In this document: in pieces, positions 16,381-25,553 of the stretch | Layout: each line of letters opens with the position of its first letter | Position numbering within the stretch: the first letter of the stretch is position 1 | Source of the DNA: a bacterium | Lineage (GTDB): Bacteria; Patescibacteriota; Microgenomatia; Woykebacterales; RBG-16-39-9b | Direction of reading: 5' to 3' | Assembly: GCA_030704665.1 (NCBI GenBank) | Contig: JAUYID010000009.1 | Location: 64,163 to 128,162 of the forward strand | DNA length: 64,000 nt | Translations under genes and position numbers: made by a program | The notes under the pieces: model-generated | Database searches by the model: none | What the model was told of the DNA's origin: nothing | Seen by the model: the letters and a program-made list of their open reading frames with translations, nothing else

Positions 16381-18135
16381 ATGGATAATCAAATTGAGGA
16401 AGTTAAATCAAAAATTGATATCGTTGCTCTGATTTCTGAATCTGTGAGCCTGAAAAAGGCAGGGCGCAACTACAAAGGACTCTGTCCTTTCCACGGTGAG
16501 AAAACCCCCTCTTTCATGGTCAGCCCCGAGCGGCAAATTTTCAAATGTTTTGGTTGTGGTGAGGGAGGGGACAGCCTCGCCTTTGTGGAAAAAAATGAGA
16601 AGGTTGGGTTTCCCGAGGCTCTAAAAATCCTTGCCAACCGTGCCGGTGTCACTCTTAAGCAAGTGGCTCCTGATCCAGCTGAGAAACTGAAGGAGGAGAT
16701 TTTCAAAATTAATTCCCTGGCCGCCGAGCTCTATCAATTTTTGCTCACCAAACACAAAAGAGGGCAGAGAGCTCTTGACTATCTCAAAGCGCGCGGAATA
16801 AACGAGAAATCGATTAAAGATTTTGGTCTTGGTTACGCTCCTGAGGTAGACAGTTTCGCTTCTGACTACTTCATCAAAAAAGGTTTTAACCCCCGTGATT
16901 TGGTTAGCTCGGGGATGATCCTGCCTTCACAGCGGGGCAAAGGTTGGTATGACCGCTTTCGGGCTCGTATCACTTTTCCGATCCGAGATAGCCGCGGGCG
17001 AGTGGTGGGTTTTTCGGCGCGGGCGCTCGGAGCCAGTGAACCAAAATACCTGAATTCACCTGATACTCTTGTTTTTAACAAAAGCCAAGCTCTTTTTGGA
17101 ATCGACCTGGCCCGGGGGCAAATTAGCAAAGAAAAACGCGCCATCTTGGTGGAAGGCAATCTTGATGTAGTTTCTTCTCACCAAATTGGAGTGACCAATG
17201 TCGTCGCGCCTCTGGGAACTGCTCTGACCGAGCCCCAACTAGCCACCCTTAAGCGCTTTGCTCCAACTATTATTCTCAGTTTTGATACAGACTCAGCCGG
17301 AGTTGCTGCCGCCAAAAGGGGCATTGATCTTGCCGAAAATCAGGGTTTGGAAGTAAAAGTTGCTGACCTGGGGGATGCCAAAGATCCGGATGAATTGATA
17401 AAAAAAGACCCCCAGGCCTGGAGAGATTCAATTGAAAAGGCGACTCCAGTTTACGATTTTTTGATTGCCGCGGCGGTTAAACGTTGGTCAGGGGGAGGTG
17501 CGGAAGGAAAGAGAAAAGCGATCAACGAGGTCTTGCCCTATCTGAAAAGCCTGACCGACCCGATTTTGAAAGAGCACTATTTGGATCTGGTTTCAGCTCG
17601 AGTCGGTACTTCACTCGAAACTTTGCAGAAGTTACTTCTCGGCCAGAACAAAGAAGTGGTCAGGCCCAGTACGGAGATTAAAACTTTAGAAACAACTGAA
17701 GCGGGAGTGGAGGAATATTTACTCGCCTTGATTTTGGCTCAAGAAGAAGTTCGGCTCGATATTGATGAAGCTCTTTTCCAGAAATTGGAAAACAGAGACT
17801 TGTTTGTTCTGATAAAAAAGACCTTTGAAAGAGAAGGAAAACTGAAGGTGAAGTCTTTTCTGAACAAAGTCCCTGAGGCTTTGGTAAGAAGTTTTGATGA
17901 AATCCTTTTGCAGGATGTAGACGAGGGTATGTTGGACAATCCTGATAAACTAAAAAAAGAGATCGAGCTTACCTACAATCGAATTCGTAAAGCTAGGTTT
18001 AAAAGAAAACTTGAATTTTTGACCCTGCAGATCAAACAAGCTGAGGCAGCTAAAGACACTGGGAAAGCCAAAGAACTCACCAAGCAGTTTAGTGAGCTTT
18101 CAACTCAGCTCTCAGCCCTTGACCAAGTCACTTAG
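16381..18135 (+). CDS. dnaG: DNA primase DnaG
   Basis: N-terminal CHC2 zinc finger (CPFHGEKTPSF...CFGCG). TOPRIM region (EGNLDVVS...FDTDSAG). Located upstream of rpoD as in the conserved macromolecular-synthesis operon. Confidence 0.9.
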   Translation: MDNQIEEVKSKIDIVALISESVSLKKAGRNYKGLCPFHGEKTPSFMVSPERQIFKCFGCGEGGDSLAFVEKNEKVGFPEALKILANRAGVTLKQVAPDPAEKLKEEIFKINSLAAELYQFLLTKHKRGQRALDYLKARGINEKSIKDFGLGYAPEVDSFASDYFIKKGFNPRDLVSSGMILPSQRGKGWYDRFRARITFPIRDSRGRVVGFSARALGASEPKYLNSPDTLVFNKSQALFGIDLARGQISKEKRAILVEGNLDVVSSHQIGVTNVVAPLGTALTEPQLATLKRFAPTIILSFDTDSAGVAAAKRGIDLAENQGLEVKVADLGDAKDPDELIKKDPQAWRDSIEKATPVYDFLIAAAVKRWSGGGAEGKRKAINEVLPYLKSLTDPILKEHYLDLVSARVGTSLETLQKLLLGQNKEVVRPSTEIKTLETTEAGVEEYLLALILAQEEVRLDIDEALFQKLENRDLFVLIKKTFEREGKLKVKSFLNKVPEALVRSFDEILLQDVDEGMLDNPDKLKKEIELTYNRIRKARFKRKLEFLTLQIKQAEAAKDTGKAKELTKQFSELSTQLSALDQVT

Positions 18136-18162
18136 TCTATGATAGATACATAAAGACGCAAA

Positions 18163-19230
18163 ATGGCAAAAACCGATTCCCCGATTCAAGAAATTATCAG
18201 CAAAGGACGTGAGCAAGGATTCGTCACTCAGGACGAAATTCTGGCCGCCTTTCCTGAAGCAGAAAGCAACGTTGAAGCTCTTGACGAGCTTTACACTCGC
18301 TTGGCGGAAGAGGGAGTGGATGTTTTCGAGGTTGGTGAAGACTCGGAAAGTAAACCAAGTGAGCTAGAAAAAGAGCTTGAAGTTCTGACCACCATTTCCG
18401 ACGGACAAATCACCGACCCGGTGCGGATGTATTTGAAAGAAATTGGTCGTATCCCTCTGCTGACAGCAGCCGAGGAAAGTGATCTGGCCCAAAGAGTGGA
18501 AAAGGGGGAGAAAAAAGCTAAAGAAAGACTGATTAATTCCAACCTAAGACTAGTGGTTTCCATTGCTAAAAAATACGTTGGTCGAGGGCTGACCTTGCTC
18601 GACCTTATTGAGGAAGGAAATATCGGTTTGATGCGGGCAGTTGAGAAATTCGACTGGCGCAAAGGTTTTAAATTTTCTACTTACGCAACCTGGTGGATCA
18701 GACAGGCGATCACTCGCGCGATTGCCGATCAGGCGCGAACGATTCGTATCCCCGTCCACATGGTGGAAACGATCAACCGCTTCATCCGTACTTCCCGCAA
18801 ACTGATGCAAGAACTCGGCCGAGAGCCAACGCCGGAGGAAGTCGCCAAAGAAATGGGTATTGAGCCTGAAAAAGTCCGTGAGATCATCAAAGTTTCTCAA
18901 GAACCAACTAGTCTTGAAGCTCCGGTTGGAGAAGAAAAAGATTCGACTCTGGGCGATTTCATTCCAGATGAAGAAATCCGACCCGAAGACCAAGCTAGTG
19001 CCGAGCTTCTCAAAGCCCACCTCGCCGAAGTGCTTGACACTCTCAACGACCGCGAAAAGAAAGTTTTGAAGCTGCGCTTTGGACTTGAAGATGGCCGGCA
19101 AAGAACACTAGAAGAAGTCGGCAAAGAATTTGGTGTCACTCGGGAACGTATCCGCCAGATCGAAGCTAAAGCTTTGCGCAAACTGCGTCACCCTACGCGC
19201 TCCAAGAAACTCAAGGATTATCTCGAATAA
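18163..19230 (+). CDS. rpoD: RNA polymerase sigma-70 factor RpoD
   Basis: Regions 1.2-4 are recognisable: [11 protein letters not shown], the [17 protein letters not shown] region 2, and [20 protein letters not shown] region 4.2. Confidence 0.9.
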   Translation: MAKTDSPIQEIISKGREQGFVTQDEILAAFPEAESNVEALDELYTRLAEEGVDVFEVGEDSESKPSELEKELEVLTTISDGQITDPVRMYLKEIGRIPLLTAAEESDLAQRVEKGEKKAKERLINSNLRLVVSIAKKYVGRGLTLLDLIEEGNIGLMRAVEKFDWRKGFKFSTYATWWIRQAITRAIADQARTIRIPVHMVETINRFIRTSRKLMQELGREPTPEEVAKEMGIEPEKVREIIKVSQEPTSLEAPVGEEKDSTLGDFIPDEEIRPEDQASAELLKAHLAEVLDTLNDREKKVLKLRFGLEDGRQRTLEEVGKEFGVTRERIRQIEAKALRKLRHPTRSKKLKDYLE

Positions 19231-19413
19231 GTTAGTTGCCACTGCCGGGTGAGAGACCCTTCAAATCTTCAGTATGACAATCGAACTTGTCTACTACTAC
19301 CGAATTTTAGTAGAATGCAATTCTATATCGACCAAGCCGTTGCTTCTGAGAAGCTTAAAAATTTATTATTGCGGTCGATATTTCTCAAACCTTAAGAATT
19401 GTAGTTTTAAAGG

Positions 19414-19902
19414 TTGCTTTTAAAAATGGGATCTAGATTTCTTTCCAACACTCACGGAGCAGTTTCTTATGAGGCGATGATTGAAAAAATCGCTGCTTAC
19501 ATTCGTCAGGATACCAATTACACTTACCAATTGATTGTGGGAACTGATTCCGAAGCTAAAGGTAAAGAAGCAGACTTTGTTTCTGCAGTTGTCGTCCACC
19601 GGCTCGGTAAAGGTGGGATTTACTTTTGGCAAAAAGAAAACATAAAAAACATTTACCATATCGCTGACCGAATTGGCCGTGAGACTCAGTACTCCCTCGA
19701 ACTAGCTTGGAAACTGCGGGAGACTTTTCGTCACAATGGACTAGCCGGAATTGAACCAGAGGTTCATCTTGACGTCGGTGAAAATGGTCTGACCCGGGAT
19801 ATGATCAAATGGGTGACGGGTATGGTCCTTGGTAGTGGTTTTAAATTTAAGATCAAGCCGGACAGCTATGGTGCAAGCAAAGTCGCCGATCGCTACACTT
19901 AA
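19414..19902 (+). CDS. DUF458 / YkuK-family RNase H-like protein
   Basis: Motifs match the YkuK family as recalled from memory: LIVGTDS, AVVVHRLGKGG, SYGASKVADRYT. Not confirmed by search. Confidence 0.55.
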   Translation: MLLKMGSRFLSNTHGAVSYEAMIEKIAAYIRQDTNYTYQLIVGTDSEAKGKEADFVSAVVVHRLGKGGIYFWQKENIKNIYHIADRIGRETQYSLELAWKLRETFRHNGLAGIEPEVHLDVGENGLTRDMIKWVTGMVLGSGFKFKIKPDSYGASKVADRYT

Positions 19903-19906
19903 AAAT

Positions 19907-20659
19907 ATGATGGAAAACTCTCCAGAAATTGGTCCGCACTCGCAAATAGACTCAACTTTAGAAAAGATACGCAGCAACACTTCGGATGAAGAACGCGGTG
20001 GGGTAATTCTTTTTGAACAAGAAAAAACACCAGCAGAAAAAAGGGCCAATGAAATTTACGATAGTTTGAGTCTTACTTTGGGGGAAATTGCTGAAGAAGC
20101 TGCTGCCCAAAGTAAAAAAGGTCAGCACGGACGAGAAGCAGAAATTGTTTTGAATGAAATTCTTGAAGTGACAAACGTAACTAACGCTTTTTCCAAAGGA
20201 GAGGTTGAGTTTGAAAGAAACACTAGTCATGAAGCTGAGGCCACAGCTAGAGGAGACAAAATATATTCCTACAGGTCTAATGGAGCGCTGATTGGGTTGA
20301 AAGAGTATGACGTTGATCTGATGATTCGACCGGCGGCCTTTGAAAGAATCGCCGAAGTAGGAAGAAATGTTCAATTTGAAGATGACCGCGAGCAAAGATT
20401 GGCTTTGCGGATTCATCCCCGCCAGGCGATGGGCTCGGATATTCTCGTTCGTATCGATCCAGAGGATGAAATTCAATTTGATATTCAAGCTGATTGGGTT
20501 GATCTGCTAGATTTTTCTGCAGCCGGACAAAAAGCCGGACACCATTTCTCTAGTGGGCTGAAGTACGCAGATTCTCGCGCTAGCTTTCGTGAAGTTCTTG
20601 AAACAATTAATACGAAAGTAAAGGTTCGGGGAGCGGAAAGTTTGCGCACAGCCGCCTAG
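19907..20659 (+). CDS. hypothetical protein
   Basis: 250-aa ORF starting at ATG 19907, 5 nt after the upstream stop. Acidic, with no TM helix and no recognised motif. Confidence 0.5.
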   Translation: MMENSPEIGPHSQIDSTLEKIRSNTSDEERGGVILFEQEKTPAEKRANEIYDSLSLTLGEIAEEAAAQSKKGQHGREAEIVLNEILEVTNVTNAFSKGEVEFERNTSHEAEATARGDKIYSYRSNGALIGLKEYDVDLMIRPAAFERIAEVGRNVQFEDDREQRLALRIHPRQAMGSDILVRIDPEDEIQFDIQADWVDLLDFSAAGQKAGHHFSSGLKYADSRASFREVLETINTKVKVRGAESLRTAA

Positions 20660-20769
20660 GGTTGAAATAGAGCCTGGTTTGTGTATAATATCCCAGCATC
20701 ATTCCTCCTGCCCGCAGACGCTAAAGCGTCAGCTTTTGCAGGCGGGCGGTAGCGTAGTAACATTAAGTT

Positions 20770-21015
20770 GTGACAAGGTTCTTCTACACTTACGTTTTAA
20801 GAAGTCTGAAGGATGGTGATTTGTACGTTGGCTGGACCGACGATTTAAAGTTAAGGTTGGAGAAGCACAACAAAGGCTTGGTAAGGACAACTAAAAGCAG
20901 AAGGCCTTTTGAACTAGTATACTTCGAAGCCGGCTTGTCAAAGCAAAAAGCTGTAAGCAGAGAAAAGAGTTTAAAAACTGGTTTCGGAAGGAAGTTTTTA
21001 AAGGTTAGAATTTAA
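20770..21015 (+). CDS. GIY-YIG nuclease-family protein
   Basis: FFYTYVLRSLKDGDLYVGWTDDLKLRLEKHN is a canonical GIY-YIG motif arrangement. GTG start. Confidence 0.8.
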   Translation: MTRFFYTYVLRSLKDGDLYVGWTDDLKLRLEKHNKGLVRTTKSRRPFELVYFEAGLSKQKAVSREKSLKTGFGRKFLKVRI

Positions 21016-21020
21016 TTCAT

Positions 21021-21095
21021 TCCTCGGTAGCTCAATGGTAGAGCGGCTCCCTGTTAAGGAGATGGTTGTAGGTTCGAATCCTACCCGAGGAGCCA
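21021..21095 (+). tRNA. tRNA-Asn(GTT)
   Basis: Acceptor TCCTCGG/CCGAGGA, anticodon loop CT-GTT-AA, T-loop GGTTCGAATCC, CCA encoded. Its 3' end is overlapped by the stop region of the recombinase gene. Confidence 0.8.
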
Positions 21096-22769
21096 GATAG
21101 GATTTGGGGTCACAGAGACTCCATTTTCGTTTGTTGTAGCAGCTTCTTTTTCAGGTTCGAACATTTCACCAATGTCAGGACTCTTTTTTATGGCTTCCTC
21201 AATCAGTCTGTAAGGTTTTTTCACCTCTAGCGAGATAAGTTTATCTTTTAGTATTGGGTTCGAACCAAGACCAGCCAAAATAATCCTTTTCTTTTCCAAA
21301 CTGCCGTTTTCTAACCAGTAGGGTGCGTTTCTTGCAAAGTCGAAGTCTTTCTCTGCTTTTGTCATCCAATTCTCGACACTTTGATTTGTCTCTTTAAGTT
21401 TTTGTTCTAGTGACTTTTTATCTTTAAGTAGGGAAGTTTTTCGTTCCAAATACTCACTATCGGAAATAAGTTCCCCAGCCACGTTCTTAGGTGAAATCTT
21501 GAGTTTGAGTAGGTTATCAAGTTCGGTGAGAACGTCCTTGTGAGCCTCTTTGAGCGAGGCAGAGACGCTATTTCTTGTGTTCACTTCTACATCAGTCTCT
21601 TTGTTCAATTCTTCAATCGCCCAGTCTTGGAAAGCCTGTGAAATTTGTATTCGCTTTAGCTTGTCACTAAGTTGTTCTTCAAGTTTACTTACTTCAACAC
21701 TTCTTTGAGTGCAGTTAGGATTTTTCCTTTTTGTGCAGTGGTAGTAAATGTAGTGCAAGATTTTAGGATTTACCATAGCCTCGATTAGAATTTTACACTT
21801 TGGGCAGTCTGTCTTTCCGTTAGCAACGAATTTGAGTTTGCAAGATGGGCAAATAATTTGCCACTTTTCCTCAGCAGTTATAACAGCGTTACATTCCCCG
21901 CAATTCATGAGACCTGTATAAGCAAATTCGTGGGTTTTAGCTCTTGGTCGTCCTTTCCTTCCCAAAAGCATCTGTACCCTTTCAAATTCTTCTTTAGTTA
22001 TCATCTTCTCGTGCTTGCCGTCATACCAAACACCACTTCCTTTGGGGAACTCATAGCTACCATAATAGAAAGTATCTCGAAAAACTTCGTAAATTCTGCT
22101 TTTGGCCATGGGGTTCCCACCAATTCTTTTATGTTTGGGAGTTCTGTATCCCCATTCGTTATTTAGTTTGTCTAATATCTGGGGTGGTGTATAAGCACCA
22201 GTCAGCATTAATTCCCAAGCTTTTTTAATCAAAGGGAACCTTGTCGGGTCACTTTGGACAGTCTTATTACCCTTTTCTGCATATTTATCGTTCATGTAAC
22301 CTGGTTTGGCACCAGTGGGAAGTTGACCCATCCCTGCCTTAGTTCTAAGACCGCGTTTTACATCAACACTTAATTTAGAGGAAGAGTATTGAGAATGAGA
22401 TAAGGCACTTTGAAGCATCATTATTCCCTCAGGAGAGTTATCGAAATAGTAAGAACCGAACTTTAGGTCTTTAATTACTCCAGTTCTAACTAGGTAAGTG
22501 ATGGTTGCCGCGTCAATCTCGTTGCGTGATAGTCTGTCTGGGTGCCATGCGATAATTCCATCCGCTTGTCCAGATTTGATAAGTTCAATCATCTCTGCAA
22601 ACTTGGGGCGGTTGTCTGGGATGAAGGCACTTTTTGACTCTTCAAGGTCAATGGTGGTAGGGTGCAAATCAGGAAACTTCCTTTCAAGCTCAAGTCTTTG
22701 AGATTCGTTTGAAAGAGCCTGCCTTTCGTCTTGTTCTGATGATTTTCTTCTATACTCGATATATTGCAT
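21081..22769 (-). CDS. large serine recombinase (site-specific integrase)
   Basis: N-terminal resolvase catalytic domain (YRRKSSEQD...DRLSRN). Central recombinase domain. Cys-rich zinc-ribbon (CGECN...CPSCK...CPKCK). C-terminal coiled-coil. Confidence 0.85.
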   Translation of the reverse strand: MQYIEYRRKSSEQDERQALSNESQRLELERKFPDLHPTTIDLEESKSAFIPDNRPKFAEMIELIKSGQADGIIAWHPDRLSRNEIDAATITYLVRTGVIKDLKFGSYYFDNSPEGIMMLQSALSHSQYSSSKLSVDVKRGLRTKAGMGQLPTGAKPGYMNDKYAEKGNKTVQSDPTRFPLIKKAWELMLTGAYTPPQILDKLNNEWGYRTPKHKRIGGNPMAKSRIYEVFRDTFYYGSYEFPKGSGVWYDGKHEKMITKEEFERVQMLLGRKGRPRAKTHEFAYTGLMNCGECNAVITAEEKWQIICPSCKLKFVANGKTDCPKCKILIEAMVNPKILHYIYYHCTKRKNPNCTQRSVEVSKLEEQLSDKLKRIQISQAFQDWAIEELNKETDVEVNTRNSVSASLKEAHKDVLTELDNLLKLKISPKNVAGELISDSEYLERKTSLLKDKKSLEQKLKETNQSVENWMTKAEKDFDFARNAPYWLENGSLEKKRIILAGLGSNPILKDKLISLEVKKPYRLIEEAIKKSPDIGEMFEPEKEAATTNENGVSVTPNPIWLLG

Positions 22770-22893
22770 AACTTAAATGGCCACCCTGGTTGAACTCAGA
22801 TTCCTTGCGGTTTCTGTCCAAGATGGCCATTAAAAAACCACAAGATTCCTGAGTTCATTGTAATTATCTCATATACAAATGCAAAAATAAACA

Positions 22894-23526
22894 TCATATA
22901 GGCTTAGTGAATGTTTCAACAGCTTCTTCTAATCTATCGTCCTCTTTCCAACCATTTTCTGCCAAAATTGAATCTGCTAATTTCATATCTTCTATTGTAA
23001 AGCTGCTTGACTTACCACCTTCCTCCCACATTTTTTGATATTCTTCATCACTTCTTAAAGAACTAGAAGCCTTAGAAGAACTAAAAGCAGAAACCTCTTT
23101 TTGAGGCAATTCCTGTTTTACTAGCGAAACAAATTGTTCTGTAGGTGAAACTATCTGTTTCACTGGTGAAATGTTTTGTTGCACTACTGAAAGATTGATT
23201 TCATACTCACTTCTTCCAGTTCTAGTAATAAGACCCTTTTGCAAAAGCGTCTTTAAGTTGTTATTAACCTTAGTAGCAGACCATTCAGATTTTGGCAATA
23301 GTGCAGCTAAACCACGATTAGTTGCTTCCACTTTCCCATAAGTTTCTTGATTACCTTCAAACCAAGCATAAAGAGAGACTAATAATGACCAAAGTCTAAA
23401 TTCTGGGTCTGTTAGAGATAAGTCTCTGGCCACTAAGTGCCTTTTACGTGATAGTCTTTCAAAACCACTACCATTAAGCCTTTTTAGCAGATCCATGCTT
23501 ACCCCCATTTGGTATTGGCTCAACAA
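22894..23526 (-). CDS. hypothetical protein (island cargo)
   Basis: 210-aa ORF with internal short repeats (PVKQIV/PTEQFV/LVKQEL). The start could be the internal Met MDLLKRL. Confidence 0.45.
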   Translation of the reverse strand: MLSQYQMGVSMDLLKRLNGSGFERLSRKRHLVARDLSLTDPEFRLWSLLVSLYAWFEGNQETYGKVEATNRGLAALLPKSEWSATKVNNNLKTLLQKGLITRTGRSEYEINLSVVQQNISPVKQIVSPTEQFVSLVKQELPQKEVSAFSSSKASSSLRSDEEYQKMWEEGGKSSSFTIEDMKLADSILAENGWKEDDRLEEAVETFTKPI

Positions 23527-23833
23527 TCTCCCTCATTAAAGCCAAGAAATCAGTAGCCACATCAGCTGCTTCTTGATCAGAAAGTTCTGACCCAAACTCA
23601 AGTTTGTAGATATTTTTGAATTTTTCTAAGGCATTTTTACTGATCATTGGCTAAAAACTCTCCAACTAAAAACTCCAGGCTCACGAGAGATAAACCTGGA
23701 GATTCTAGCCCTCGTGACTTTTTAGCCACAAAAAAAGTGGCTGGTACATAAATTCATCAAATTCATGTGCCAACCACTGAGGCTGGGCGAGAGATAAGCT
23801 CTCGTCTTAACTAACTATAAGTATAACACGTCA

Positions 23834-24046
23834 TTAAATGTTTGAGATGAGTTCCAAAGGTTTAACTCCAAGTGCTTTAGCCAGTTTAACAATTGTTCTG
23901 AGAGTTGTATTTCTTCTACCCATCTCAATTTCATTGACTGAAGTCAGATCCATACCAATTTCGAACGCTAGTTTCTCTTGAGATAAACCTTTATTTTCTC
24001 TGAGTTCTCGAACTTTGCCCCCAAATTGTGAGAGGAAATTTTCACT
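23834..24046 (-). CDS. XRE-family helix-turn-helix transcriptional regulator
   Basis: LRENKGLSQEKLAFEIGMDLTSVNEIEMGRR is a classic HTH_XRE. Start placed at MSENFL. Transcribed divergently from 24110. Confidence 0.75.
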   Translation of the reverse strand, partial: SENFLSQFGGKVRELRENKGLSQEKLAFEIGMDLTSVNEIEMGRRNTTLRTIVKLAKALGVKPLELISNI

Positions 24047-24055
24047 CATGATTAT

Positions 24056-24105
24056 TGTATTTATGCCAAATGGTTGGTATAATGTCTTTGGCATTTATGC
24101 CAAAC
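24056..24105. promoter_or_regulatory. divergent promoter/operator: TTGTAT-17-TATAAT with three ATGCCAAA half-sites including a perfect TTTGGCAT-TT-ATGCCAAA palindrome
   Basis: Direct reading of the sequence between the XRE gene and the secreted-protein gene. The palindrome overlaps the -10/+1 region, as expected for repressor binding. Confidence 0.45.
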
Positions 24106-24109
24106 TAAT

Positions 24110-24559
24110 ATGAGACTTAAAATACTTCTAGTTATTTTAGGTTCTCTGCTTCTTGCCTCTGGAACCTATTTAGGAATAAATAAACTCAAACCACAACAAA
24201 AGGAACAAAGTTCTGTCGCTGTTGTTGTGGAGAATAAAGTAGCCACTAAATCTGCTGACCTAGCACAAGAAATGAAGAAAGAAGATCCAAAACAACCAGG
24301 AAAAGTAAAGGGATCTAGTACCAAAACAAACCCACCAGCCCCTTACCAGCCCTCGCAGGAACTAGTAGGCTACCTACAACCTTTAACCCAAGGTTTGGAG
24401 GTAGAAGCTCAAACTTCTACTGAAAATCCCAACTCTAACGAAACAAAAGACTGCACACCAATAACTCAACCTGGTACTTGGCAAGACGGCGTGGGAGTAA
24501 CTGTAACCATTGATCCTTGTACAAACATAAAACAGGATCAGCCTTTAATTAACCCTTAG
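24110..24559 (+). CDS. secreted hypothetical protein (signal peptide)
   Basis: MRLKILLVILGSLLLASGTYLG signal peptide. Low-complexity Q/P/T-rich mature region. Confidence 0.5.
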   Translation: MRLKILLVILGSLLLASGTYLGINKLKPQQKEQSSVAVVVENKVATKSADLAQEMKKEDPKQPGKVKGSSTKTNPPAPYQPSQELVGYLQPLTQGLEVEAQTSTENPNSNETKDCTPITQPGTWQDGVGVTVTIDPCTNIKQDQPLINP

Positions 24560-24572
24560 TGTCGGACATAAA

Positions 24573-24908
24573 ATGGAATGGTTTAACAAACTTACAAATC
24601 CTCAATTTGAAGCTAAAATAGAAGAACCTTCAGTCGAGCCTAACGAGCCTGAACAGGTAGTGGGCGTTAGAGATTTGAAGGGTGATGAAGGTAATACTAG
24701 TAATATGATGATATGGGGTGCTCCTTGGTGGCATTGGCTGGTTGGCTTAATAGTTTTTATACCTTTTCTACTTCTTATAAATCTAGTGGAGCGTTTAAAT
24801 CTGAATGAGAGCATAAAATTGTTGCTTTTAGTACCTGGGTCTGTGATTGTTTTTGGTATTTATGGTTTTATTACCCACGAGATTATTAAGAAGTTTTCAA
24901 AAAAGTAG
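24573..24908 (+). CDS. hypothetical membrane protein
   Basis: 111 aa. Acidic N-terminus then two TM helices. Confidence 0.45.
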   Translation: MEWFNKLTNPQFEAKIEEPSVEPNEPEQVVGVRDLKGDEGNTSNMMIWGAPWWHWLVGLIVFIPFLLLINLVERLNLNESIKLLLLVPGSVIVFGIYGFITHEIIKKFSKK

Positions 24909-24911
24909 GTT

Positions 24912-25040
24912 TATTCCTTTTCCTTTGGGATAATTCGCCAGGCGAATAATCTTTCTTTAGTAAAGAAAACCTCCTACTTTTTTCCTTTGAGATAGTGTGC
25001 CAGGCACATAATCTTTCCGTGTTTGCCTGGCGAGAGGTTG
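24912..25040. repeat. iteron-like direct repeats, each containing a short palindrome
   Basis: Repeat 1 TTCCTTTTCCTTTGGGATAATTCGCCAGGCGAATAATCTTTC (palindrome ATTCGCC-A-GGCGAAT). Repeat 2 TTTTTTCCTTTGAGATAGTGTGCCAGGCACATAATCTTTCC (palindrome TGTGCC-A-GGCACA). A third partial unit has TTGCCTGGCGA. Confidence 0.5.
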
Positions 25041-25049
25041 ATGAGGTTT

Positions 25050-25090
25050 AACCTGCAAAAGACTTTGCAGGTTGCTTTGTATTCTTTTAA
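25050..25090 (+). terminator. rho-independent terminator-like hairpin
   Basis: AACCTGCAAA-AGAC-TTTGCAGGTT perfect 10-bp stem followed by GCTTTGTATTCTTTT. Confidence 0.5.
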
Positions 25091-25312
25091 AAGCTTTAGC
25101 CTTATCAATGTCCTTTCAGAACCAAATTGGCTTAAATTTAGAAGCTTGCAATGTTTTTTGCAAGCTCTGCTGGCATGAAACAGTTTAAGATAATTTTAAA
25201 AAAATTTACGTACAGGGGAGGGAGTAGAGGTCTCGATCCTAAAAGTTGTAATTAGCCTTAACTTTTCGTCAAAATGTTGACTTTTGTTAGTCTTTGTAAA
25301 TTAATGTAAAGC

Positions 25313-25495
25313 TCAATCCAAACCAATTTCCTTGAACTTCTTATTTAAAATGTCGCTGATGTGCTTTTTTTGAAGCAGTTGCCAGGCAACCTGTCTTGGG
25401 TTTTTAGTAGCGTAGCCTGATCTTCTAACAGACTGAGCACCGCTCCCCAAACTCTCAAAATAAAATTTAACAAACAAACGTTCTTTTATAGTCAA
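25313..25495 (-). pseudogene. phage terminase small-subunit N-terminal fragment (remnant)
   Basis: The 60-aa ORF ERLFVKFYFESLGSGAQSVRRSGYATKNPRQVAWQLLQKKHISDIL matches the N-terminal DNA-binding region of terminase small subunits (the ...QAAIRAGYS... signature). Full-length proteins are ~150 aa, so this is truncated. Confidence 0.5.
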
Positions 25496-25553
25496 AATAA
25501 AACTCCTTTATTCATTTAACTAGCAATTAAAGTCTCGCTCTTTAGCTTCTATC

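Noticed and set aside
24912-25040. CRISPR array
   Set aside because: Only two to three repeats were seen, with no regularly sized unique spacers. The units are themselves palindromic and unequal. No cas genes are nearby. No other CRISPR-like arrays were seen in the window.
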